Below, in pieces: positions 1 through 8,408 of a stretch of DNA of 64,000 bases (the first letter of the stretch is position 1; each line of letters begins with the position of its first letter). Location: IMG/VR virus record IMGVR_UViG_3300043567_000723. The stretch is one strand, 5' to 3'. Below the pieces are notes generated by a model. The model ran no database searches, was not told the DNA's origin, and saw only the letters and a program-made list of their open reading frames with translations. The stretch is from a virus. Lineage: Duplodnaviria; Caudoviricetes. Made by a program: the position numbers and the translations under genes.

Positions 1-896
1 GATCTACGTTATTTCGTCCCAAGGCATTTGAGACGTTTGTGCCGACGCTGCATCACGGCGGCATTGGTGGCGCAGCGCGTGATCCTGTGTTTCATATGTT
101 CGAATCGCTGCCAGAATCCGTGCAGCGCGATATCGCAAAACGACAAGGCATTGGCCTGCGAACACTGCGCAAACAAATGGAGAATAACAAGCGCCAAATG
201 GTGCTTGATCGCCGGGCGGCTAAGAAAGCGCCGTGGAAATTTAACGCTGGAAGCAGCTTGGGTATAGATAACGTGTACGACGATTTGGCCAGAGACCGCT
301 CGGCACTATTTCCCGAAGGTTATTACTTCAATCAGCCCCGCGGCACGATCTACGCCCGCGCGGCAGATCACGTAGATGACGCGAAGTTAAACAAAGCACT
401 GCAGGCTCGTACGGCGACATCGTATGCCTCGGCAGACGCGATGGGGGCCGGCGGTAAAGAAGTCACTGGTATCAATACTATTCGACGGCGCCTTCCCTTT
501 TTGCAAAAGCTGCCGTTTATTGGGGGTCGTGGAATTGGCTCCAAATCATGCTGGGGCGACCATTGCGGCTCGATGCCGTCGGCTGTTCTTGACGATATTG
601 GCGCTATAAAACCTAAGCTTCCCCACGCAGACGTTTTGCCCAATACGTTATTAACAGACAAAAACGTTAAGATATTAGGTGTCACGAATAAGCCGTTGAT
701 CATGAAGCAGCTTATGCAGTCGGCGGGGCGGCGCTCTTTTTTGGGTCTGGGCGCTGCTGGATTGATGGGGGCTGCGGGTTACGGTCTGGGCGCTGTCGGC
801 AATGCATTAAAAGCATCGCCGGCGAAACCCATGCCTCCGCAGTTGGATCCCCACATGTTTGCACAGGCCCAAAAACTCCTGCAGCCGAGATCATGA
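1..896 (+). CDS. 5'-truncated protein, putative permuted papain-like (NlpC/P60, YiiX-like) amidase/peptidase with C-terminal Gly-rich hydrophobic segment
   Basis: Frame is open from position 3, so the ORF starts before the window. His-before-Cys order: LHHGGIG ... TSY ... HCGSMPSAVLDDIG ... VLPNTLL, resembling the HxGI / Y / CSxxV / TPxDL pattern of permuted papain-like enzymes. Confidence 0.45.
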   Translation, partial: STLFRPKAFETFVPTLHHGGIGGAARDPVFHMFESLPESVQRDIAKRQGIGLRTLRKQMENNKRQMVLDRRAAKKAPWKFNAGSSLGIDNVYDDLARDRSALFPEGYYFNQPRGTIYARAADHVDDAKLNKALQARTATSYASADAMGAGGKEVTGINTIRRRLPFLQKLPFIGGRGIGSKSCWGDHCGSMPSAVLDDIGAIKPKLPHADVLPNTLLTDKNVKILGVTNKPLIMKQLMQSAGRRSFLGLGAAGLMGAAGYGLGAVGNALKASPAKPMPPQLDPHMFAQAQKLLQPRS

Positions 897-935
897 GATA
901 GCCGACTAAATATACATCTACGACTGGGGGCCGCT

Positions 936-1778
936 ATGGACGCGCGCGAATTCTTTGCCCTACTTTTCCGCCACGTGATTCTTATTCTAGCCGGCGCTCA
1001 TGTAGCGCTGGCCGGCACGCGGGACCCCAACACGCCAGACGAAAAGTACGTCGAGTTTGGCAAGCAGTTTCCGTCTGTGCTGCGCATCCGGGCAAATATC
1101 ATTGACCCCGAAAGTAAGTACCCCTACCAGTATGGCTCTGCAGTGGCTATTCGGCCGCACTGGATTCTTACGGCAGCGCATGTGTTAGCCGGCGCTGAGA
1201 ACCCCGTGGCGATTAAAGACGGCGACAAGAAGTTCGCGCTTGGCCCTGTGTTCGTCCATAAAGACTTTGAAGAAGAGACTGTAGGCTTTCACGACATCGC
1301 ATTGCTGTACTCGCCCGAAGATTTTGAGCTAAAGTTTTACACGCCGCTGTATACAGACAAAGATGAAGTTGGCAAGGCTGTGACGATTGCCGGCTATGGT
1401 TTCTACGGGACGTTTCATACGGGCGGCAAACAAATAGATAGCAATAAGCGCGCCGGGCATAACAAAATAGACAGCGCTGAACGCGCGGTTCTTTTATGCA
1501 GCCCCAGTGTGACAAACCGCATGCCGCTAGAATTCATGATTGCTTCTGGGGATTCCGGTGGTGGCTTATTTATCGGCAACGAATTAGCCGGGATTAACTC
1601 TTTTCTCATGGCTACTGACAAAAAACCCGACGGAAGTTACGGCGATGACGCGGCTTTTACCCGTGTGAGTTTGTACGCGGATTGGGTAGAATCACAGATC
1701 GCGGCGTATGAATTAAAGATAGCCGGCAAAGGCACGCTCGCGGCAGATCTAGATTTAATCTCCCCACCTGAAGAGTGA
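936..1778 (+). CDS. Trypsin-like serine protease (S1) with N-terminal signal/TM segment
   Basis: Catalytic triad motifs WILTAAHV, HDIAL, GDSGGGL; hydrophobic N-terminus. Confidence 0.92.
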   Translation: MDAREFFALLFRHVILILAGAHVALAGTRDPNTPDEKYVEFGKQFPSVLRIRANIIDPESKYPYQYGSAVAIRPHWILTAAHVLAGAENPVAIKDGDKKFALGPVFVHKDFEEETVGFHDIALLYSPEDFELKFYTPLYTDKDEVGKAVTIAGYGFYGTFHTGGKQIDSNKRAGHNKIDSAERAVLLCSPSVTNRMPLEFMIASGDSGGGLFIGNELAGINSFLMATDKKPDGSYGDDAAFTRVSLYADWVESQIAAYELKIAGKGTLAADLDLISPPEE

Positions 1779-2041
1779 TCATGGAAAGTCTGTCGCTGTT
1801 GGTATTGTCGACGTTGATATTTTTACTATTCTGCGCCACATATCTCTGCGGGCCAATCGCCGCATTGTTTGCGGTGAAAAAATGGTCAATCGCCGCAGTG
1901 GTTACCGGAGCGTTTGCGTGCTGGCTCGGTATTTACTTCTTCGTCACGGTAAACACGGAATTTAGATATCTAGGTCTAGTATCAACTGGTTTGGGGCTCT
2001 GGGCGATGTACAAAATCGCGCGCAATATCATGGCGGACTGA
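1775..2041 (+). CDS. Small multi-pass membrane protein
   Basis: 88 aa, about three hydrophobic stretches; start overlaps the upstream stop. Confidence 0.7.
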   Translation: MIMESLSLLVLSTLIFLLFCATYLCGPIAALFAVKKWSIAAVVTGAFACWLGIYFFVTVNTEFRYLGLVSTGLGLWAMYKIARNIMAD

Positions 2042-2042
2042 C

Positions 2043-4223
2043 ATGAGCGAACTTCCAAATAGTATTTCTAGCGCGGTTACGATATGGGCGGCTAAACAGG
2101 CTGACCTAAACCCTGATATTCAGCTGCAAGACCACCAGCAAAGAATCGCCGACAGAATCTCGGGCCAAGATCCCAGATTATTGGTCTATCACGGCCTAGG
2201 TTCGGGGAAATCTTTATCGGCGCTCGCTGCGGCAGAAGAAGCGCAGAACCAGAGCGGCGGGAATTACGGCGTCGTAGTCCCGGCGAGCTTGCGGGGAAAC
2301 TTCCAGAAAGAAATTGGCAAGTTCACGCATGACTCGAATCCAGAGATCATGAGCTACACGGGCTTAGCCTTGGGCAAGAACTTCCAAGAGCAGCCCGACA
2401 CGCTGATCATGGACGAAGCACATAGACTTCGCAATCCACGTTCAGGGGCAGCGCAAGCAGCAGCGCAAGCAGCGGCAAACGCCAAAAGACTCTTACTGCT
2501 CACAGGCTCGCCGATCACAAACTCGCCCAGTGACATGGCGAATTTGTTATCTATGCTGAACAACAAGCAAATTACGCCAGAAGAGTTTGAAGACCGCTAC
2601 GTAGGTTATAAGACAGTCCGGCCGGGCATCATGGGCTGGTTACGGGGCGCAAAGCCCGGCGTCAAGCCAGTCGTAAAGAACGAGGCTGAGTTACGCGCGC
2701 TCCTGAAGGGCAAAGTCGATTATCAGCCCAGCAAGACTCCCGACGGCGTGAACGTACAAGAAGAACAAGTCAAAGTGCCCTTATCAGCCGAGCAGCAAAA
2801 GATCCAAAAAGCTATTCGCACTAAAATTCCACCGGGTTTTCTCTGGAAGCTTGACCAAGAGTTTCCCCTAAGCCGCGACGAACTGGCGAAGTTAAATTCG
2901 TTTATGACGGGCATGCGCCAAGTGAGTCTGTCCACGCAGCCGTTTCGCGTGGACAAAGACCCGGCGAAAGCGTTTACACAGAGCGCGAAGTTACAAAAAG
3001 CATTTGAAGACCTGCGCGCTACGCTGAAAGAAGACAAGCGCAAAAAAGCTATTATCTACTCGAATTTTATTGACTCTGGCTTGGCCCCCTACGCGTCTGC
3101 GTTAGAAAAAGCCAAGATCCCGCATGCGTTTTTCCACGGCGGCGTCAGCCCAAAGGCGCGCCAAGCCGCCGTGGACGCATACAACACGGGCAAGCTTAAA
3201 GCTCTGCTCATTGGCCCTGCGGGCGCCGAAGGCTTGTCTACAAAAGGCACGAGTCTGATCCAGCTCTTAGATCCGCACTGGCATGAGTCGCGCAGTCAGC
3301 AGGCCAAGGGCCGTGGGTTGCGTTTTGACTCGCACGTGGGATTACCAGAAGAACTCAAGAACGTCGCAGTAAAAAGATATCTAAGTGCGTCGCAAAATCC
3401 CAGCTTGCTTGGCAAACTCATGGGCTACAAGCGCGAACGCACCGGCGACGAAGTTCTAGAAAGACTCACAGCCGAAAAAGAACAGATCAACGAAGAGTTT
3501 CGCCGGTTACTTCGCGAAGAAGGCTCGCAGTACGCAAACCAGCAGCAAGAAAAGCTTGGCGCTGCAGCTCCGCCAGACTTTCAGCCAGACTATACGCCGG
3601 GCCAGTTACACGGCATGGGTGTATACAAGTCTTTGTATGAACAAGAGGGCCCGAGATTAGCCAGCTTAGGCGAATGGAAGCCAGAATGGGTCACAGAGCA
3701 TGACCCCAAGGGCTGGCTGGAGTGGTACCAGAACTATAACGCCGGCCGTAGAATCCCCGACGAAGACATGCGGCAGATCAAGCGCTGGGCGAGTTTCAAA
3801 GCACGCCACGGCGGGCCATTTGTAAAGAAACCGTCGCCACGTAGAGGGTGGGCGCTACGAAACTGGGCGATTGACCCAGAGAAGCTAGTATCAAAATCCC
3901 GCGCGGGTGATATCAAAACCATGCTGCAAGAGTATCAAGAGAAAGAGCTGAAAAAATATCTTAAAAAACAGCCCATGCTGGCTGAAAAAACCAGCGCTAA
4001 TATCGCCGCGCCGTTAAAACTCCTGCAAAAGCATGTAATAGCTGTTAGTTCGCGGCCTCTTCCAAAGAAAAAGAAACGCCTGCTACAATATGTAACTGGT
4101 TTACCCCACCCCAAGGTGCCGGTGAAGCGCGTTATTGATAGCATCCTTGACGACGAGACTTCTCATGCCGCTCCCGATGATCTCGCCCAGCAAGCTGCCG
4201 GAGATGCTGCTGTCTCGTCGTAA
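2043..4223 (+). CDS. SNF2-like SF2 helicase/ATPase with fused C-terminal domain of unknown function
   Basis: YHGLGSGKS (Walker A), DEAH, LLLTGSP, QAKGRGLR (motif VI); C-terminal FQPDYTP...GWLEWY...GRR..DED.RQIKRW domain. Confidence 0.88.
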   Translation: MSELPNSISSAVTIWAAKQADLNPDIQLQDHQQRIADRISGQDPRLLVYHGLGSGKSLSALAAAEEAQNQSGGNYGVVVPASLRGNFQKEIGKFTHDSNPEIMSYTGLALGKNFQEQPDTLIMDEAHRLRNPRSGAAQAAAQAAANAKRLLLLTGSPITNSPSDMANLLSMLNNKQITPEEFEDRYVGYKTVRPGIMGWLRGAKPGVKPVVKNEAELRALLKGKVDYQPSKTPDGVNVQEEQVKVPLSAEQQKIQKAIRTKIPPGFLWKLDQEFPLSRDELAKLNSFMTGMRQVSLSTQPFRVDKDPAKAFTQSAKLQKAFEDLRATLKEDKRKKAIIYSNFIDSGLAPYASALEKAKIPHAFFHGGVSPKARQAAVDAYNTGKLKALLIGPAGAEGLSTKGTSLIQLLDPHWHESRSQQAKGRGLRFDSHVGLPEELKNVAVKRYLSASQNPSLLGKLMGYKRERTGDEVLERLTAEKEQINEEFRRLLREEGSQYANQQQEKLGAAAPPDFQPDYTPGQLHGMGVYKSLYEQEGPRLASLGEWKPEWVTEHDPKGWLEWYQNYNAGRRIPDEDMRQIKRWASFKARHGGPFVKKPSPRRGWALRNWAIDPEKLVSKSRAGDIKTMLQEYQEKELKKYLKKQPMLAEKTSANIAAPLKLLQKHVIAVSSRPLPKKKKRLLQYVTGLPHPKVPVKRVIDSILDDETSHAAPDDLAQQAAGDAAVSS

Positions 4224-4296
4224 ACTCTTTGAAGCTATCGCCGCGAACGTCGCAAAACGAAAAATTCAAAACTCCATTCAAGCCACAGGTGACAGA

Positions 4297-5934
4297 ATGA
4301 GCGTAACGCCGCAGCAATTCGGTATGCAACTGGGTCAGCAAGCAAAGCAGGCAAACTTAGGCAACGCTTTGCGCGGCCTTGGTATTCAAGCTGGTCGCGC
4401 TGGCTTACGCCTTGGTAACGCTGCCAAGCCGCTTGTCGATGAAGCCACAAGCATGGCGAACACTGGCGCGCAAAGATTGGGCCAGACGATGTTCGGCAAC
4501 CCTGTTCGCGCTGCTGTGTCGGGCGCTGGCTTAGCAACAGCTGGTCTTGCCTACGGTGATCATCTGGCGGCTAAGAACCAAGCGATGTCGCAGCTGAAAG
4601 ACGTTAACAACGACGTGCAGAAGTTCAAGTTAAATGGCGTGGGCAGCGGCATGAAGATGCCGCAAATGCCGTCTAATGGTGTAATGCCGCGCAGCACTGG
4701 CCAAGGCGGTCTTACGGGCGGCGGCGGTCCGTTGTCGATGTCTCTGGCCGGCAAGCAAGCCGGAATCGTACCGAGTGTGTGGGATGCTACTTCTAAAAGT
4801 CTTCAACAGCGCGCTTCTTTACTCCAAGACATGTTTGCAAACTTGCGGCCGCTGGCTGGGCGCAAAGGTTTAAATGCCGTTGGGGCTGCATTTAAACCAG
4901 AAAAATATAACGGTAACTGGGGTCGCGGTTTAACCACGCAGCATCTGAGCAAAATGACCGATGATGCGTCGCAACAGCTCGGTAGCGTGAGTGATAAATT
5001 AGAAAACCTGCAAGATCTTTTTCCATTAAAGAAAGCTTCGCTACTCTCGGCCCTTAGCGGCGGTTTGGGTGCTGGCGTCGGTGGCCTCGCTGGCGGTATG
5101 GGTGGCGGCATGATGGGTGCGCTTACCGGCGGCGCGTTAGGTGGCGCTCCGGGTGCTGGCATTGGTCTGCTCTCTGGCGGCGCGCTGGGCATGGGCGCTG
5201 GTGCGCATCTGGGCGGTAACATCGGCGCGAGCATTGGCAAGAAAAAGAAGAAAGACGACGAGCCTAAGAAAGAAGAATCGGCCGAAAAAGAAGAAAAATC
5301 CGATGAGGGCGAAGAAGAAGTTAAAAAGAGCGCCGCGGCTGTTTTAACTTTGCTGCAGAAAAACAACCCAGAGCAATTTAAAGCAGCGGCGGGCCCGGGC
5401 ACAGCGGAATTCGGCACGAAGGTGACGCCGACGGGTAGCCGACGTGCCGGCCCGATTGTAACTCAGCCGAAGCCGATTCGGATGCCGGTTGGTCCTGCTC
5501 CGGCGGCACGACCTGCGGCTGCTCCGGCTGCTGCTCCGGCGGCTGCTCCGGCGGCACGACCTGCGGCTGCTCCGGCTGCTGCTCCGGCGGCTGCTCCGGC
5601 GGCTGCTCCGGCGGCACGACCTGCGGCTGCTCCGGCTGCTGACCCGCGGCGCCAATATACGCCGTTTGATTGGAATAAATATCCGCACGACCAACAGAAA
5701 AATTTTGAGCGTGACGTGACACGGCGAATGTATACACAGTACGGCGTCCCCGAGCACGCTATGCGGATACCAAAAAGCGCGCCTGATCTATGGCAGAATG
5801 TGCCGCAAGACCAGCGAAAAATGATGGAACGCGATGTGCAAGAGCGGTTGTACGGCCAGTATGGTGGTGTGGAAGCGTTTAATAACTCGATGAGCGACTG
5901 GGCGCAGCGCGAAGCCACACCGCCCGCGCAGTAA
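4297..5934 (+). CDS. Gly/Ala-rich KxA-motif protein (putative internal head/ejection protein), 545 aa
   Basis: Start moved from 4135 to ATG 4297 (SD AGGTGA, no overlap with helicase). Leader QFGMQLGQQAKQA, glycine-zipper segment, acidic/basic linker, PAAA repeats. Confidence 0.7.
   Translation: MSVTPQQFGMQLGQQAKQANLGNALRGLGIQAGRAGLRLGNAAKPLVDEATSMANTGAQRLGQTMFGNPVRAAVSGAGLATAGLAYGDHLAAKNQAMSQLKDVNNDVQKFKLNGVGSGMKMPQMPSNGVMPRSTGQGGLTGGGGPLSMSLAGKQAGIVPSVWDATSKSLQQRASLLQDMFANLRPLAGRKGLNAVGAAFKPEKYNGNWGRGLTTQHLSKMTDDASQQLGSVSDKLENLQDLFPLKKASLLSALSGGLGAGVGGLAGGMGGGMMGALTGGALGGAPGAGIGLLSGGALGMGAGAHLGGNIGASIGKKKKKDDEPKKEESAEKEEKSDEGEEEVKKSAAAVLTLLQKNNPEQFKAAAGPGTAEFGTKVTPTGSRRAGPIVTQPKPIRMPVGPAPAARPAAAPAAAPAAAPAARPAAAPAAAPAAAPAAAPAARPAAAPAADPRRQYTPFDWNKYPHDQQKNFERDVTRRMYTQYGVPEHAMRIPKSAPDLWQNVPQDQRKMMERDVQERLYGQYGGVEAFNNSMSDWAQREATPPAQ
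5494..5646 (+). repeat. Coding tandem repeat, ~12-nt units (GCTCCGGCGGCT variants) encoding PAAR(PAAA)n
   Basis: Directly visible in DNA and translation. Confidence 0.9.
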
Positions 5935-5986
5935 CGCTATAAAAACAAGCCTTAAATTCGCCGGCGACGCGGCGTTACAGCCCCGG

Positions 5987-5992
5987 TATAAT
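5987..5992 (+). promoter_or_regulatory. Perfect TATAAT -10 box without a recognisable -35
   Basis: ccggTATAATtagc in the intergenic gap upstream of 6032. Confidence 0.45.
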
Positions 5993-6031
5993 TAGCTCTT
6001 CGAGGCACGGAAGCCTTTAGGAGACCGGAGC

Positions 6032-6382
6032 ATGGCGGCTCGATTTAAATATTATCAGGCCCTCCTGCGGACGCTCAAAAAGGACTGCCCTGCGGCATTT
6101 CCTGTCTCCGTGCGTCGCGTGCAGCTCTCGAAACTAGAGGGCCGTTGCTGGAAACACGGCAAGAAGTTCTACATCCAGATCGATAAAAGTCTGGATGAAT
6201 CTCGCGCCATTGACGTCTTGCTGCACGAATGGGCGCACGCGCGTGGCTGGAATCATCGGCTTGATACAGCTGTAGACGACGCGGCGTTTAATAAGCTCGC
6301 CCATGATGCTGCGTGGGGCGTTGCGTATGCCGAAGTGTATGTGCACTACGAGCGTATTTTCACAAGTCCAGCTGTGTTATGA
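6032..6382 (+). CDS. Small HExxH zinc metallopeptidase-like protein (SprT/ImmA-like)
   Basis: DVLLHEWAHAR motif after a beta-rich N-terminal half; SD AGGAG/GGAG upstream. Confidence 0.7.
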   Translation: MAARFKYYQALLRTLKKDCPAAFPVSVRRVQLSKLEGRCWKHGKKFYIQIDKSLDESRAIDVLLHEWAHARGWNHRLDTAVDDAAFNKLAHDAAWGVAYAEVYVHYERIFTSPAVL

Positions 6383-6516
6383 GCGGGCCCAAGAAGCCTG
6401 CGCCACTATCTCGGGAGTTCTTATTAGCGCAGAAAAAATGTTGCGGCAGAAAATGTCATAACTGCCCATATCTTCCCAAATACTCAGCCGGCAGCACGAA
6501 AGTAAAACCATGTTAA
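6379..6516 (+). CDS. Small Cys-rich protein (DUF5522-like), 45 aa
   Basis: ATG overlaps upstream TGA (ATGA); CCGRKCHNCPY resembles the CCGxGCxHCPY motif. Confidence 0.6.
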   Translation: MSGPKKPAPLSREFLLAQKKCCGRKCHNCPYLPKYSAGSTKVKPC

Positions 6517-6884
6517 AGTTTTGCGTCGTGTTGTTTTCGTGGCTAGAGCAGTGCTTACCAGTAGCATTGCGTCCACGGCGTATTCTCGACATGCGCCAGC
6601 GAGCCGGAGAATGGCGCAGAGTAAGGGCAGAACATTTAAAGAAATATCCCGTGTGCGAAGTCTGTGGCCGCGATAAAAATCTTATTGTGCACCATATTTT
6701 TCCGGTCAGCGTAGCGCCAGAGCTAGCGTTAGTGGAAAATAACCTGCTTACGATGTGCGAAACCCCATGTCACTTTATGTTTGGGCACTTTTTCAGCTAT
6801 CATTGTTACAATAGGGAAGTGCGTAGCATGGCCAAAAAGTTTCGCGCGCAGTTGCTCAAACGAAAATGTCAACCATTTAAATAG
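6510..6884 (+). CDS. HNH endonuclease
   Basis: CEVCG ... VHHIFP ... NNLLTMC ... CHFMFGH. Confidence 0.85.
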   Translation: MLKFCVVLFSWLEQCLPVALRPRRILDMRQRAGEWRRVRAEHLKKYPVCEVCGRDKNLIVHHIFPVSVAPELALVENNLLTMCETPCHFMFGHFFSYHCYNREVRSMAKKFRAQLLKRKCQPFK

Positions 6885-6892
6885 CGTGGATT

Positions 6893-7645
6893 ATGCAACC
6901 ATACGAGTTTGGTTACGCCGTGGGCTCGCAAATGAAACAAGCGGGCGTCTTGGGTGATATCGGCAGCGGTATTTCGAGTGCTGCCAGTGAGATGTGGAAT
7001 CCGACAACGAGCTTGGGCACAGCCGCAAACATCGCGGGCTACATGACGCCGGGCGTGGGTTCCGTACTGGCTGCCCGTGACTTGTATAACAACGTCAGTC
7101 AGGGCAATGTGCTGGGAAGTCTAGGCTCAGCCGGCATGATGGCGCTGGGGCTGATTCCGGGCGCTGGCTTACTCGGCGGCGCAGCCAAAGGACTCGCGCG
7201 TGGCGGTCGAGCTTTAATGGGTGGCGGTCGCGTAGCCCAGACAGTCGGCAAGGGGCTCAACGCCGCGGCTGAGGGCACTATGGCCGCATCCAGAGGCATG
7301 GTCGCGGCGAACCGCGCGGCCACTGGTATTAACTCAAACATATCGCAGGGCATTCAGAAGCATATTCCGCTGGCCCAAACTAGCTGGAAGTCTGTGGGTC
7401 CGATGTCCGTGCCCTTAAATCCGATCAAGTCCACAATGAACGCGGCTATTCGTAATCCGATTAATACGCTGGCCATGACGACCAGCTCGGCGCCGCCAGA
7501 AAACACAGCTGCGCAAATTGGCGCGCAGCAGCTCAGTGGAGCCGGGCCGATTACGCAGCCGGCTACGCCAGCCCCGCGAATTCCCACTTTAAACAGGCCG
7601 ATGGCGCCGGGTTCTTTCCGGCCGCAGCCCATTGCACGTTTTTAA
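6893..7645 (+). CDS. Gly/Ala-rich KxA-leader protein
   Basis: Leader MQPYEFGYAVGSQMKQA; hydrophobic Gly-rich helices. Confidence 0.75.
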   Translation: MQPYEFGYAVGSQMKQAGVLGDIGSGISSAASEMWNPTTSLGTAANIAGYMTPGVGSVLAARDLYNNVSQGNVLGSLGSAGMMALGLIPGAGLLGGAAKGLARGGRALMGGGRVAQTVGKGLNAAAEGTMAASRGMVAANRAATGINSNISQGIQKHIPLAQTSWKSVGPMSVPLNPIKSTMNAAIRNPINTLAMTTSSAPPENTAAQIGAQQLSGAGPITQPATPAPRIPTLNRPMAPGSFRPQPIARF

Positions 7646-7668
7646 CTAGGTTTAACTAGGAGCGTTTC

Positions 7669-8247
7669 ATGAATCCGTATGAGTTTGGCTTTGCCGTTGG
7701 TGCTATGGAGAAGACAGCGGCTATTAATTTGGGCACACTTGGCGCTCGGCTTGCACAGGCTGGTTCTTCTGCCTTAACTGGCGCGAAGACTATTAATACT
7801 GGCGCAAAGCATCTGGTGCGTGGCACTGGCAACGTGGTCGGCGGCCTTGGCAGTGTCGCTGACGCTGCTGGCTCGCTCGCAAAGGGCGTCGGCCGTGGCG
7901 CTATGCAACTTGGCCAGCGTACTAATTCTGTGGCTGACAATATGAACGGCGGCGTGATCAAAGACTTGCTGAAAGTGCTCGGTCACGGCACTCGCGCTGT
8001 TGGCCGCGTGACGCACAGTGCTGGTGGCGGCGCTGGACTGGTCGGTTCTGGTCTCAAGGGCACAGGGCGCGGCTTAAACAGCGTTTCGCAAATGGGCTAT
8101 GGCGTGCCGACTGCTGCGGCGCTTGGCTTAGGTGCCGCTGGTGCTGCCGTCGCGCCGAAAGTCCCGCTACCTAATGTGAACTTACGTTCGCCGCTGGACG
8201 TGGACTTTAGTTACAAGACGCGCAACCCCATTGAAGTGAATTGGTGA
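7669..8247 (+). CDS. Gly/Ala-rich KxA-leader protein
   Basis: Leader MNPYEFGFAVGAMEKTAA, near-identical to the 6893 leader; SD AGGAG. Confidence 0.75.
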   Translation: MNPYEFGFAVGAMEKTAAINLGTLGARLAQAGSSALTGAKTINTGAKHLVRGTGNVVGGLGSVADAAGSLAKGVGRGAMQLGQRTNSVADNMNGGVIKDLLKVLGHGTRAVGRVTHSAGGGAGLVGSGLKGTGRGLNSVSQMGYGVPTAAALGLGAAGAAVAPKVPLPNVNLRSPLDVDFSYKTRNPIEVNW

Positions 8248-8408
8248 TGTGCCCGATTTGTGAGAGCCCGCCGATTGAGATCCGCGGAAAATTAGTGTGC
8301 CCCTTTTGCCATATTATTCTAGAGACGTGTTGCGAAGGCGGCCGCTGCGATTATTCAAAAGAAACTATAGATAACAAAACAGATAACAAAACGGAAGAAC
8401 AACCATGA
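8247..8408 (+). CDS. Small zinc-ribbon protein, 53 aa (missing from ORF track)
   Basis: MCPICESPPIEIRGKLVCPFCHIILETCCEGGRCDY...; coupled at both ends (TGATG at 8245-8249, ATGA at 8405-8408). Confidence 0.7.
   Translation: MCPICESPPIEIRGKLVCPFCHIILETCCEGGRCDYSKETIDNKTDNKTEEQP

Noticed and set aside
700-800. Twin-arginine-like motif GRRSFLG in the first ORF
   Set aside because: Located near the C-terminus, so it cannot act as a Tat signal unless an unsupported internal start is used.
4135-4296. ORF-track start of the 599-aa protein at 4135
   Set aside because: Overlaps the helicase by about 90 nt; ATG 4297 has an RBS and begins with the shared leader.
5494-5646. PAAR tetrapeptides suggesting a PAAR spike-tip domain
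   Set aside because: Only a low-complexity Pro/Ala repeat; no PAAR-domain spacing or Zn ligands.
5494-5646. Repeat as a CRISPR array
   Set aside because: Units are 12 nt with no unique spacers, lie in frame within a CDS, and no cas genes are present.
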